From contig NC_057717.1 in the NCBI RefSeq assembly GCF_004010195.1, forward strand, positions 63,279,168 to 63,343,167: DNA of 64,000 bases, given 5' to 3'. The stretch comes from Chiloscyllium plagiosum. Taxonomy: Eukaryota. A program made the translations under genes and the position numbers. Positions 1-11,900 of the stretch are shown in pieces. The notes under the pieces were generated by a model. The model did not search any database. It had not been told where the DNA came from and was given only the letters and a program-made list of their open reading frames with translations. Position 1 is the stretch's first letter. The number at the start of each line of letters is the position of its first letter.

Positions 1-1559
1 TACCCTGCCGCCATCCTTCATACATCACACTGTTTACTTTCATGTTTCACGCAGCATATTTCACGCTATTTCCATCTTCCACATATAACTTGGAGATTCA
101 GAGCAGTTTTGTCCGATTCCTTGCAATGCTGTCCCAGAAATATGAACAGAGGGAGATGAACATGACCATTACTACCCTGTATGCTGCTATTGGCTTTATT
201 TCAGGACTTTATAATCCATTCTCACTGCAATTTGGAAAAGTACATCAAAACACATTTGAAAGTTAGATAAATTGATATTACCTTCATCTCAACCTCTTCC
301 AAAGTGCTTCACTCAGAGTGGCCTGGATGCAATCGTACTGTTGTGGTCAGCATAGCTCTCCTTGCTGGACAGATTTTTTTTTTAGATTAATTTACGGTGT
401 AGCTCCCCGTGCAGGAAAGACATCCCTTCCAGATGTACAGATCAATGCACTGCTGCCATCGACACAGTTTTCCACACCTGGCAATTTTCTGGGTTGAACT
501 GAGCACAGCTTGATCTATGCAGTGCTGTGTCCTGACCAGATAGATAGGCCCTCTTGGTTAATGGTTCTCTGTGGTGGATTGGGAACTTGATATAACTAAC
601 CATGTGAGTTGATCTGACCCTGCGTTTTATTTATGTTCTCTTTCTTGTGTTTGGAACCTCCGTCTCTCTCTCTATTAATGTTGCGCTGAGCCCATGTACA
701 GTACATCATGTTTGTGAATTCACACTGTTTTTGGCAGCAGCCACAGTCTCTTTATTCAGAAGCAGTCAGAAATTCCCATCGTCTTTGTGTCTTCACGTAG
801 AAAGAAAGTATGGCCTCCAGGATAAAGACCGTCCCCTTGTTACATCGTTCAAAACATGCTTCCCCTCACTACTTCACACCGCCAAGCAACCACGTGAAAA
901 TATTCAGTGTGTAATGAGAGCAATGCGACCACTGGAAACATTAGGGAGCAGACTATCAGGGAGATGGAGTAACACTTCCCATGTCAGAACTGGTCAGAGT
1001 GAACCCTCCAGTAATCATTGTGTCGCAGAGTCCTATAATCTCTTTCCGTTTCAGTAGCATACTGTATTTCATTCTTACTGAAAATTTCAAAGGTTGACGT
1101 TATTTTCCAGCAGCCAATTTATTGTCCTATGCTTATCCAATCAGAGTGCCTCGACCACCTTATGATAACTTCAATTAATAACTATCTTAGTTCGAATGCA
1201 TCTTTTGCATTTATCTAAATCTTTGATATCGTTTGCAAATAGTTGAGGCCCAGCACTGGTCACTCTGTCATTGCAGTCGTTGATTGTGTAAAAATAATAA
1301 AAATCGATTTATCCCTAATTTATTCCTATTTCTAGCTCAATGACCTGCCCTTCCCCATTCACATGTAGTTACTTTGGAATGCTGAATATTCCCTTTCATT
1401 CCCTGAGTAACAGCCATGAGAGTTAAAAGATCTGTTCCAATTGCTGAGTAAAAAGCTCGAATGGTGAATGGCCTCATACCGTTCCCATGTAAAACTCTTG
1501 ATGGGCTGAAGAGCCTGCTTCAGCATATGCACAGTTATGAATGTTGCTGAATATTTTTG

Positions 1560-2320
1560 AACAATCAGTGAACAGCCTACTTCTGATCTTTTGTTGGAGG
1601 GAAGTGCATCGATGCTGCAGCTGCTGATGAACTAAATTAACTGATGGATACCCAGTTTCCATTTGCTTCGAACTTCAGAAGAATGTCCTACTTCACAGGA
1701 GGTAGTGCCACATATACACATTGGGCAGTGCCTTCAGGATGAGGCTGAGACATTCTCTCCATCGGGACTGTCTGTTCGGTATTCCTACAGAAGTTGTCAG
1801 AGACAGATCCATCTGTGCCAAGGTGTATGTTGAGAATGCTTCCTTCTTGTCGTTTCCCCCATCACTTCCCACAGACTGGCTGCTGTGTATTTGAGGTTTC
1901 TGCCTGCTCAGTCAGTGGTGGATCTGTGGAGGCACGCTTTGTAATGGACATTGAAGTCCCATACCCTGAGTGCGTTCTGTTTCCTTGTCACCCTCAGTGC
2001 TTCCATGTGAGGGACTGAGTTATCACCAAGGGGTGGTGTGGAAACCAGTAGATGCCGACCATCAGGAGATTTTCTGGACCTGTTACCATGAGATTTCCCA
2101 GGTTCTGGAATCAGTGATGGAGAATTGCAGGGTAACTTCCTTCCTGACTTTATCCCCGACGATTTTCCCACCACTGGTGGGTCTGCCCTGCCCGCGCGAC
2201 AGGATATAGCCAGGGATGGTGATGCAGCATCATTCAATATTACCCATCAGGCATGATTCTGCGATTATGGCAGTATCGGACTGTTTCCTGACCAGTGGTC
2301 AGAAAACACAGCCCGTCAGG
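1560..2320 (-). mobile_element. Degenerate non-LTR retrotransposon APE-endonuclease region (inside arm A)
   Basis: Minus-strand translation fragments such as EALRVTRKQNALRVWDFNVH (GDFN motif) with many frameshifts; duplicated at ~11900-12660 (+). Confidence 0.7.
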
Positions 2321-2324
2321 CAGA

Positions 2325-2763
2325 ATTACACGAGCTTGAGAATCGATATTTCTGGCATAAGCCCTTTACCACGAATGAGGCTTGTGTATCGTTTTTTTTT
2401 GGGAGGGGAGTGGTCGACAAATAAATGGGAGGAGTGCTGTGGTTGGGGGCAAGGTAGCTGCGAATTCGATATAAAGATGGATCTGAGGGAGTAGTTGATA
2501 GTTTAGGAAATATAGTAGAGTGGATAGATCGGAAAGGCAATGAACTTGTCAAGAGAGCGATGCCGAGTTGGAGACTTGACGCTCGGATAATGCTGGGGGA
2601 GGCGAAATGAGGAAACTCGTGAAATCCACATTAACACTGTGGGATTGCAGGATCCAATGATTGAAGTTGGGACGTTCTATCTCCAGTCATCGGGTGGTTC
2701 GGGTTTGGTGATGGAGGAAGACCACGACCTGCATATCCTTGGTGGATTGGGAGACGGTGTTGA
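2325..2763 (-). mobile_element. Penelope-like element 3' remnant (GIY-YIG C-terminus plus pseudo-LTR), inside arm A
   Basis: The partner copy translates as ..NFKTLSQSTQDMQV..TTR, resembling the HFN..H...DM..E C-terminus of PLE GIY-YIG domains. It ends in a decayed AAGGGCTTATGCCAGAAAT..CGATT pLTR motif. Confidence 0.65.
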
Positions 2764-3618
2764 TCGCCAGAGATTGAGATGCAGATTTACATGAAGGGCA
2801 GGGAGGTGTCCGGGATGGTAAAGGTTAACTTGAGTTTGAGATGGAACGTGTTGGTGCAGTTGATGAACTGCAAAACCTCTCGTGGGAATACGAATTGGCG
2901 CCGATAAATTCATCAAAGTAGCGGCAAGAAAGGTGGGGAATGTTGCTCGTGTAACTGTGAAGTTTCCCCGCAGCATTCTGCACAAAACATACTGTCTGGA
3001 ACTGGAATTCCTTAGAAAATACTCTAAAATTCTTTGTACATTCTACACCCGACATTAGTTGGGAACGGCCGGACGTCAGTGAATTGAAAGAAATGATCAG
3101 ATACCAAGTGAAGAGGCCCAGTTGCAGGGTGAGGGAGACACTGTTACGGAGTCCCCATAGGCAGTTAAAATGGTGAATACATTTTCCCTCCGTTTACACT
3201 TGTTCAGTTAGCATGATCGATCATAATTGAGTCTAAATGTCAGAAATTTCCAAACTCCATTTGTCTTCAAGGAACTGGGAGAGAAACCTTCACGAAAGCA
3301 AGGTTTCACCCTCCGTGTTAGAATATGAAAAAAAAAAATGATCTGGTCTGCTCTCCAACGACCGAGTATGTGGGAGTTTCCTCGAAATCATCTGTTCCTT
3401 TGGATGTGTCTCTGTATGTTTGGGGAGGGAATGTTTCTTGTGGTTTATGTTACATTTCTGTCAGGAATTCAGATTTTCACATTTGTCATTTCAGCTCCAA
3501 CTGTTTTACTAAATCCCAGAGTACAGTGACACATTTGAAAATCTCTATCTGTCCTCAATCAAACAAGTCACTTTTCCTCCATGTTGATGTACAATGTGTT
3601 TTTTTACCTTCCTCACAG

Positions 3619-3745
3619 CTAACGTAGTGACGACCTACGTCCTGCTTTATAAAGATTGTGGATTGGCTGCATGTGTCAGACGTTATCTGGGGGCCATGGC
3701 AGTGGCGGATCTACTGGTCATTATCCTCGACCTGATATTGAGACA
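3619..3745 (+). CDS. Partial coding exon of a GPR139/GPR142-like class A GPCR (end of TM1, ICL1, TM2); continues into N-gap
   Basis: Polypyrimidine tract plus acceptor TTTTTACCTTCCTCACAG|CT (phase 1), then an open frame ANVVTTYVLLYKDCGLAACVRRYLGAMAVADLLVIILDLILR. N1.50 and the YLxAMAxADLL (D2.50) motif match the GPR139-like family expanded in cartilaginous fishes. Exon 1 was not located; the remainder is hidden by the gap or absent. Confidence 0.85.
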
Positions 3746-4245
3746 NNNNNNNNNNNNNNNNNNNNNNNNNNNNNNNNNNNNNNNNNNNNNNNNNNNNNNN
3801 NNNNNNNNNNNNNNNNNNNNNNNNNNNNNNNNNNNNNNNNNNNNNNNNNNNNNNNNNNNNNNNNNNNNNNNNNNNNNNNNNNNNNNNNNNNNNNNNNNNN
3901 NNNNNNNNNNNNNNNNNNNNNNNNNNNNNNNNNNNNNNNNNNNNNNNNNNNNNNNNNNNNNNNNNNNNNNNNNNNNNNNNNNNNNNNNNNNNNNNNNNNN
4001 NNNNNNNNNNNNNNNNNNNNNNNNNNNNNNNNNNNNNNNNNNNNNNNNNNNNNNNNNNNNNNNNNNNNNNNNNNNNNNNNNNNNNNNNNNNNNNNNNNNN
4101 NNNNNNNNNNNNNNNNNNNNNNNNNNNNNNNNNNNNNNNNNNNNNNNNNNNNNNNNNNNNNNNNNNNNNNNNNNNNNNNNNNNNNNNNNNNNNNNNNNNN
4201 NNNNNNNNNNNNNNNNNNNNNNNNNNNNNNNNNNNNNNNNNNNNN

Positions 4246-4960
4246 GGAAACAGAGTCGCAGCTGAAGGGAGTTTATCAAAGTGAAAAAGGTGACCAGTGG
4301 TGGTCCACAGCGATCATTGTTGGGCTCTCTGTTGTTTGTAAGATATGTCAATGATCTGGAAGTGGGCATTGTGGTCCGATCAGTTGAGTAGGTTGGGACT
4401 GTTTTCATTCGAAAAAAATGCCCCACAATTTTTTGCCTTGCACTTCTCTTGGTTGTTTGCTTCATTCACTTGGGCCCAGGCGATTCTGTTTTTAAATGGT
4501 ATGCCTTGTGTTCCCTTGTCAAATCCAAGTACATTACATCAAGTTGCAAGTTACCGTCTCAAGCCGAAGCAGAAAGATTAATTCCGCATGATCCTTCTTA
4601 AACAAATCCAGCTCGCCTGCCTGCGAATCCCTGGGCAGAAACCCAGCAAACAAAAACATTGCAGTCATGCTCGAAATCTCAGTCTGGTGAAAAAAAAGAA
4701 TGCAATTAGGAAAGAAATGGTTTTAGAGAAATTATTCGGACTGAAAGCCAAGATATATTTATGGAATTAGAATCATGTATGTGAAATTGATTGGTAGGTA
4801 GATTTTGGAGAAACAATCGATTCAACACATTGGGTTATCAGAAAAAAATCGATAAATCCAAGCTTAGTGGGCAAAATCAAATATTACGGAATTGGCATGA
4901 TATATTCGCATGTTTGAAGGATGTGAGAGCTAACAGAAAGCAATATGTTTTTGGATTGGA
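4246..4960 (+). mobile_element. Degenerate CR1 LINE RT fragments
   Basis: GTGACCAGTGGTGGTCCACAGCGATCATTGTTGGG (decayed VTSGVPQGSVLG) and GAAAAATTATTCGGACTGAAAGCC-type CR1 ORF2 remnants. Confidence 0.55.
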
Positions 4961-5959
4961 AGAGTTATGTAGTAACTCATAACTACATAACCAATACCCA
5001 TCCGATGTGGACACATATCGGTACAATCACACTGAACAGAGGCGGTTTACCTGCGCAGAACAATAGAAGGTTTTCAGTGACTTATCCCACCAGACGGCAA
5101 ATTAGGAACTTCTCATTATTAATACAGATCAGTCACTCAATCAGAGTGTCGGAAAAGAAGCACTCAAGCAACACACTCACGAATGATACACAGATGCATG
5201 AGATTCAAGCAACAGATCAAACATTGGTGTAAAAATTTCCAACCTTTTTATTCACTTGTGTCCGAATTGTGAACAGTTCTTAATCATCCCAATCAAAGTG
5301 TGCAGACTCTTCCTGATGATGCTTGCTGCATTCCTGCCCATTCCCTGTGAGAATGAATTCTCTCCTCACTGGTTAAAGATAGTTCCCTGCGGGAGAAAGT
5401 GTCACTGTATCGATGATGTCAAAATACAGCCCGATTCTCCGGGACACATAAATCATTTCATGTCCGGCTGTTCCTCAAAGAGTAACATGTATTTAGGACC
5501 CATTCCACTGCAGGTTCACAGTGAATTCACACGTTCTTTATTTCACATATAACACATCATATCAGCACCTTTATTGAAAGCTAAGCATCGTGGTATATAC
5601 GAAATTCCAGGTGCATATATTAAGATGAATGTCTGCCACAACATCTGTCTAAGTGGTCCTGCTCTGATTGGTCGTGAAGAGATTATCAAATGTAACTTCC
5701 AAAAACACAATTTATTGGCAAGCAATCGAAATAGCTTCAACGAAGCATATCAACTTGTTCACATGATCTCAACTTTCTAGACTTTAACTGTTACCTGGAT
5801 GGATACTACATTCGAAGGTTTTCCTGAAGTACATCAGAAACGAGCTATTTCATTTTGATTGTCACTCTGAACAACTGTTTCAAAACGTTACTTGTAAAAC
5901 TGGAAGCTCCTTGGTAGATTTTAACTTGCTTGGTTATTGGGATTGATCAACGCCTGACA

Positions 5960-6310
5960 CTTGTTCTAAACACAGCCAATATGACCCAAGATTCCTCTGC
6001 TCCTCCACACTTTCAAGAATCCTTTAACCCTGTATTCTCATTGAAATTCGCACTTTCAAAGTGAACGACTTCACACTTGTTCGGGTTTAACTCCATCTGC
6101 CACATATCAGCCCAGTTCTGCAACCTTGCAATGTTCCATTGCAATCCACAACAACCGAATACACCATCGACAATTCCACCAACTTTCATGTTATCGGCAA
6201 AATTAGTACCTCGCCTCTCTTCTACCTCATATAACTCATTTAAAAAAATCACAAAGAACAGAGCTCCCCTAACCAAACACTAAGGACGTTCACTGGACAC
6301 CGACCTCCAC
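5960..6310 (-). mobile_element. CR1 LINE RT fragment
   Basis: ORF 6013..6276: NFADNMKVGG...WADMWQMELNPNKCEVVHF (FADD and WQM.FN..KC motifs). Confidence 0.85.
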
Positions 6311-8959
6311 AATGCCGTATCCAACAATCATCCGACCTGCTGAGATATCTTGGCAGCCGCGCAGATGATAAATGTTTTAGTAACACTGACTACATCTGTT
6401 AAATTTATCCAATGATAAGTAAACGTTTTAGTGAATGGAGAATATATAACGAGACATGAACTGACAGAGTCAGGAGGGACAGATATCAAATGCTCCAATC
6501 CTTCATTAAATCTATACGATGTAAAGATTGATTTCCGTTTCTTCCTTCACCACGAAAGCCTTTTTTCTTTAATGCAGGAGGATAAATTAGAGACAGAGGT
6601 ATTTCCTTAACTTTCCAAAGCGGCAAGGTAGTGCAGGATACTCAGTTAATTTTCATCTGTTAACGTTAACTTTGGCAGGCTTAATAAATTACATTTAAAA
6701 AACATTTCCTCAATAACAGTGACCACCACGTGTACACTGATGTGGTGTGAATTTTCTGATGTTAAATTCTCCCCTTCCAAAATCCTGTGAAGGTGAGTTA
6801 AAAGAGAAAGAAGTGCATGAGAGAAGTCCCGGCAAAACAAGAAATTTTAGTTTAAGGCCTGTCACTCTTATAATTGCTGGAGATAAAACAGTTGAGTCTG
6901 AAAGCTGTCTGATTGGCCCACGAACATCATTCAGGGAAGGAACGATAATACCTGTTGTGGCGTTCTTTAGAGGAGGGAAAGAGAAAGAGATTGAGAGAGA
7001 TAATGGTTTTGTTGGGTTTCAGAAGTGGGATTTCGAATCAAATACTGAACCTGCTTTAAGTATCCTGGCAGCAGGTGTATGTTGGTAACTTTATCACCAA
7101 ATTCACTTCCAAGTCACACACTTAACTGACGTGTATGCCATCCACTTCTAAATTTCCATAATTAAACAAATGAGTCTTTACTCCTCGCTATAACTTCACT
7201 CCAAAACGATTTAATCTCTCTCTCTTTGTTTAGTATCTGATGATGACACACATTGTGCAAACTGGCAAAATCTAAGAGTTGTTCACGCTTCTGAGAGTTT
7301 TGGATAAGGCAGATTTTTAAACCTTCTTCATATTAGTTGAGTCGAAAATGGTTATGGTGCAGCTGTTATGGTTTGGTTAAGCTTTCTTGAGGGACCGGCA
7401 CTTTGAATAAGATTTGACAACATTTTCTCCTCCTGTGAGCTAGTACACGATGGCCACACCAATCGAACTGCTGAACATTGTCCCTCTACTTGTCCTTTAT
7501 TTGAGGATAGTGGTTGTTTAAAGTCTTGAGTTTCAGCAGTGACTTAACAAAGTCGCAGATCAATGAACACATATGGCTGGATGGCAGAAGGAATTGGTGT
7601 ATAACATTCCGGAAGGATCACCAGACTTTAATCTTTACCTGCTTTTTCGCGATAGCTTGTTTGGGACTTTAATTTCATTCGAGAAGGCAAAGTTTCTCTT
7701 GCAAAATTTGTTACTTTATCCTTCAGTCTTTCCTACAGTGCTGCCTAATCAAGAAGATGTGAGACATCATCAGTTACGTTGAGAAGATCTGACAATTCTG
7801 AACAATTCAGTTATTTGTGATACTTCCACACCGTTGAGAAACTTGTTTGGTGCCAACATGATGGCGTTACATGCTCATCGCACATCTTTGCCCCTCAGAA
7901 GGATGGCTGCCATTATCAAAGGCCTAACATTGATAATAAGATCCCGCTCTGCATAATTCGAAAAAGGGAGAGATAAGTTCTTGATTAGGGTTTGAAAGAG
8001 ACTTATGCAACATGTTTGCAAAAGCCTGCTGTACATTCTCCAGATTCATCACTCTCTCCACCAAGCCATAATTTTTACCACTCGTAAATGAAAAATGTGA
8101 TCATCCCTCTGTTGTCATTCATCTTTCTGCCTATGCTCCCTCTATATATCTACATTACACCTGCACGCTGCTTTCCTGTCATGTAGATAGCAGACGTTCA
8201 CCAGAATGTTGGATTTACATATAGCCCTTGAAGGATCGAAGCGTATTTTATGAATTTGCTTTTCTGTAACTATGGACGGAATGTGACGTCACCAAATTCG
8301 TAAATACATATCTTATTAACCATTGCATCTGTTCGCTTGCTCGTCATATTATACCGTTTTGAATGCAAAATGGCAGATCCTCTATTCATCATCACATTAA
8401 AAATTTAAAGCAAAGGATATTGAGAGGAATCTATGCAAACAGACTTTGTAAAATTCAGATTTTCCTTCATTTAAAGGGTATCACGAAATAGATGATGAAG
8501 AGTTATCTCGACTCAACTGTAGCTTGCTGTTTATCCAATTATACTCCCTGCCCTGATGAGCTCTCCAGCACTTGTTTTCTTTTCAGTACAGATTCCAGTA
8601 TCTGCAGTACTTTGCTTGCACAAGAAGTAAAAAGATCCTGCGCCAGTTTCACAGAGTGATGGTGAGAGGGTAGCTGTGGCATTGTGTGCAGTTATGATTT
8701 TCTGATATAAGCAAGTATATACTGATCACATATCCTGAATGGGCATTCTCCAGTTTAATGCTGCAGATTCGAAGATTGTCCGATGATTCTCTGTCTGTGT
8801 TCACTAGAGTTTCAACGAATGAGAGGTGATCGCAGTGAAACATTGAAAATTCACAACAGTGGAGACTGACTAACACCAGAATATGAAAAAAGTGCAAGCA
8901 GGCAAAGTTCGGCGGAATCCCAGGATTTTTCACAATTGCAGCAACTAGAAAAATATTAC

Positions 8960-10800
8960 CAGGGAACAATTACTGTCCATTAGAAACCAAGAAGGGAATC
9001 TGCGTGTGAAGCTCGAAAACATTGGTGGATTGTTACATGAAAGCTTCACACCTGGTTTTTTATGGAGAAGGATTATGCATGTCAAGAATTCGAGAAGATT
9101 GTCTGTAAAGCTCTTAAACACATTTACATAAAATGCGAGCAGGAATGATTGGTTTTGCCTGGTATAAAATTAAACAAATCCCCAGGACTGGACGAGTATT
9201 ATCCCATGCTGCTGTAGGATACAAGAAAGGAAAGGCCATGATACCTACCAGGATGCTGTCTGGACTGGAATACATGTCTTCAAAAGATATGTTCATGGAG
9301 CTAGGGCTTTACTCAAGGAAAAATAAGAAGGATGAGAGATGATTTGAGAGAGGTATAGCACAGGCATAGATGGAGTGGATAGCTGGACACTTTGCCCGTG
9401 GTGTAAACGGCTACCACAATGAGACATAATTATAATGTTTTTGGAGGAGTGTTTACGGGAGATGCCAGAGGTAGTTTCCTGCACAGTGAATTTTGTGCGC
9501 GTGGAATTCACTGACCACAGTATTAGTAGAGTCAGATACATTAGCAACCTTTAAACGAGTACTGGATAGGTACATGGAAGATAGTAAAATGAAGGGTGTC
9601 TGGCTCCGTTTAATCTGAGAGAAGGATATAAGGTCGTCAAAACATGGAGGGTTGAGATGCCTGTACTGTGCTGTACTGTTCAATGGTCAATGTTCTATGT
9701 TCAAACGTTTAAGTAGAATCTGGTCACAGGGGATGTGCCAGAGGAATCGAGAACACCCTTTCCAAGGGTGGTGGAGATACAACAGGGAAGTACAGACCAA
9801 TGAATATCAGATCAGTGTTAGGGAAACTACTGGAGAAAACAGAAAATGAGAACAATATTCTCCATTTGGATAGGCAATGCAGAATCAGGAATAATCAGCA
9901 TGACGTCATCCGATGGACGTCATGCCTAATAAATGTATTTGTATTATTTTTGGAGGTGTTCGTTTATCTTTGTTCACGGCAATGCCTTTGAAAGAGCCCC
10001 ACAGAGTTTCAAGATAAGTTACATACAAAGTCTTCTTAGTAGCAGGAGACAGGGATAAGTGTTGTGTCGCTTATTATTCACAGTAATCATCAATGATATA
10101 AATTGGAGGGTGGAGGGGGATGGGTTGAGTGCGACATGTAAGTTTGAGCTTAATATAAAAATTTCCCATATGTTTGGCAGTGAAGAGGACTGTCCTCTGT
10201 TCCTGGAAGATATGGATGGATAGGTCAGTTGGGTAGGTCAATGGAATGTAACCCGATGAATATGAGGAGATGCACTTTGGGAGTAGGAACCTGACAGTGG
10301 AATCCTCAAAGAAGGGCGGCACCATTGAAAGCCCAGAGTGTGCTTTACCACCGATCCCTGAATATGACTGGACAGGATAATAATTCTGTTGAGAAGGCAC
10401 ACAGGACTGTGCATATAGCCTTTATTCACAGAGAGTAAGAGCTGAACAGAATTTTATTTCCCCACAGGTGGAATGCTGTGTGCTGTTTTGGGCCCCATAC
10501 CACAAGAAGAATGAAATTCCATTGGTGGGGGGGGTTGCAGAGAGGATGAACAGTCATGTTCCCTGAGATGCAGCATACCACCTATGAAGAGAGGCTGCAG
10601 AAGCGCGGATTGTTGGCTTTTGAGCAGAGTAGCCCGAGGGGGATGTGGTTCAGAAGGATAAGATTACAAGGGGCATAGGCAGACTGGACATATCCGAGCT
10701 GCGTTTTTTTTTGGCGTTAGATAAAACAAAACAAGGAAGCACACATTTAATGTGAAGCATTTTCTGTTTTAGAGAGGTTTTGAAGGTTGTTTTTCCAAAA
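8960..10800 (+). mobile_element. Two adjacent degenerate CR1 LINE fragments (first ends in a 3' tail at ~9700)
   Basis: TRMLSGLE...ELGLYS (ORF 9133..9342), a 3' tail CTGTACTGTGCTGTACTGTTC..TGTTCTATGTT, then NYRPxS- and QHGF-like remnants. Confidence 0.75.
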
Positions 10801-10969
10801 AGCCATCTCGTCGACAATCCACATTTCGTAGACAATTCATTTTCCTGCAATCCACGACCGAACTATTTTTCCCAGCCCATTTGCATATTGAAAACATAAA
10901 TGATTGCTGTAACTGATGAAGTACGCGTTGTGCTTCTGATAAAGTTCCTCACTGTCTATGATACCGCCT

Positions 10970-11370
10970 AAGAACAGAGAAGAGCAAAGAAAATTTACAA
11001 CACAGTAACATGTCCTTCAGCCTTGTAAACCTGAGCCGATCCAGATCTACTGTCTAAACTATCGCCTAATTCCCATTGATCTGTATCACTCTGCTACTCA
11101 CCTACTTATACATCGGTCCAGACGCCCTATCAATGAATCTACCATGCCTGTCTCGACTGTCTCAGCTGACAACAAGTTGCAGGAACCGACCACCCTCTGC
11201 GTAAAGTGTTTTCTGGGTGCATCTCTCTCAAACGTTTCATCTCTTACCTTGAACGGTTACCTGTCATTATTGAATGCATCTCTCTGGGAAAAAAAAAACA
11301 GCTTATGTCTACAAACCCTGTCTACAACTTTCATGATTTTGTGGGTTTCAATCAGGTCCACCCTCAATCT
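10970..11370 (-). mobile_element. CR1 LINE 3' end
   Basis: Begins with the AGAACAGAGAAGAGCAAAGAAAATTTACAACACAG tail signature and continues with CR1 3'-UTR/ORF2 C-terminal sequence. Confidence 0.65.
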
Positions 11371-11385
11371 CATTTTTCCACCAAC

Positions 11386-11900
11386 TTGTGGATCATTTCA
11401 GAGCACGTATTTGGGACACCCGCACCAACCTAGACCCGTGGGTGAAAATTTCAAAACCCTCTCCCAATCCACCCAGGATATGCAGGTCTGGGTCTTCCTC
11501 CGTCACCAAACCCGAACCACCCGATGACTGGAGAAAGAACGTCTCAACTTCAATTATTAGATCAAGAAATCCCACAGGATTAATGTGAATTTCACGAGTT
11601 TCCTCATTTCCCCTCCCCCAGCATTATCCGAGTCTCAAGTCTCCAACTCGGCACCGCCCTCTTGACAAGTCTATCGCCTTTCCCATCTATCCACTCTATT
11701 ATATTTTCTAAACTATCAACTACTCCCTCAGATCCATCTTCATATCGAATTCGCAGCTACCTTGCCCCCAGCCCCAGCACTCCTCCCATTTCTTTCTCGA
11801 CCACGCCCCCAAACGACATTAGTGGTAAAGGGTTTATGCCAGAAATATCGATTTTCCAGCTCGTATGATTCTACCTGACGGGCTGTGTTTTCAGACCACT
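11386..11900 (+). mobile_element. Penelope-like element 3' remnant (longer than its duplicate in arm A)
   Basis: GATCATTTCAGAGCACGTATTTGGGACACCCGC (decayed RF.EH motif), then GIY-YIG C-terminal and pLTR sequence. Confidence 0.65.

Larger units (their letters stand above)
1..2763 (+). repeat. Arm A of inverted segmental duplication (partner 11451-14126); may extend left of the window
   Basis: The start TACCCTGCCGCCATCCTTCATA matches the reverse complement of ~14105-14126. Similarity is colinear through unique and repeat-derived sequence until ...GGATTGGGAGACGGTGTTGA (~2763), which matches ~11451-11470. ORF pairs 42..266/13858..14439 and 647..1057/13357..13557 are clearly homologous. Confidence 0.93.

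Noticed and set aside
7300-8140. Possible decayed coding or transposon sequence
   Set aside because: Stops in the frames examined and no motif I could assign.
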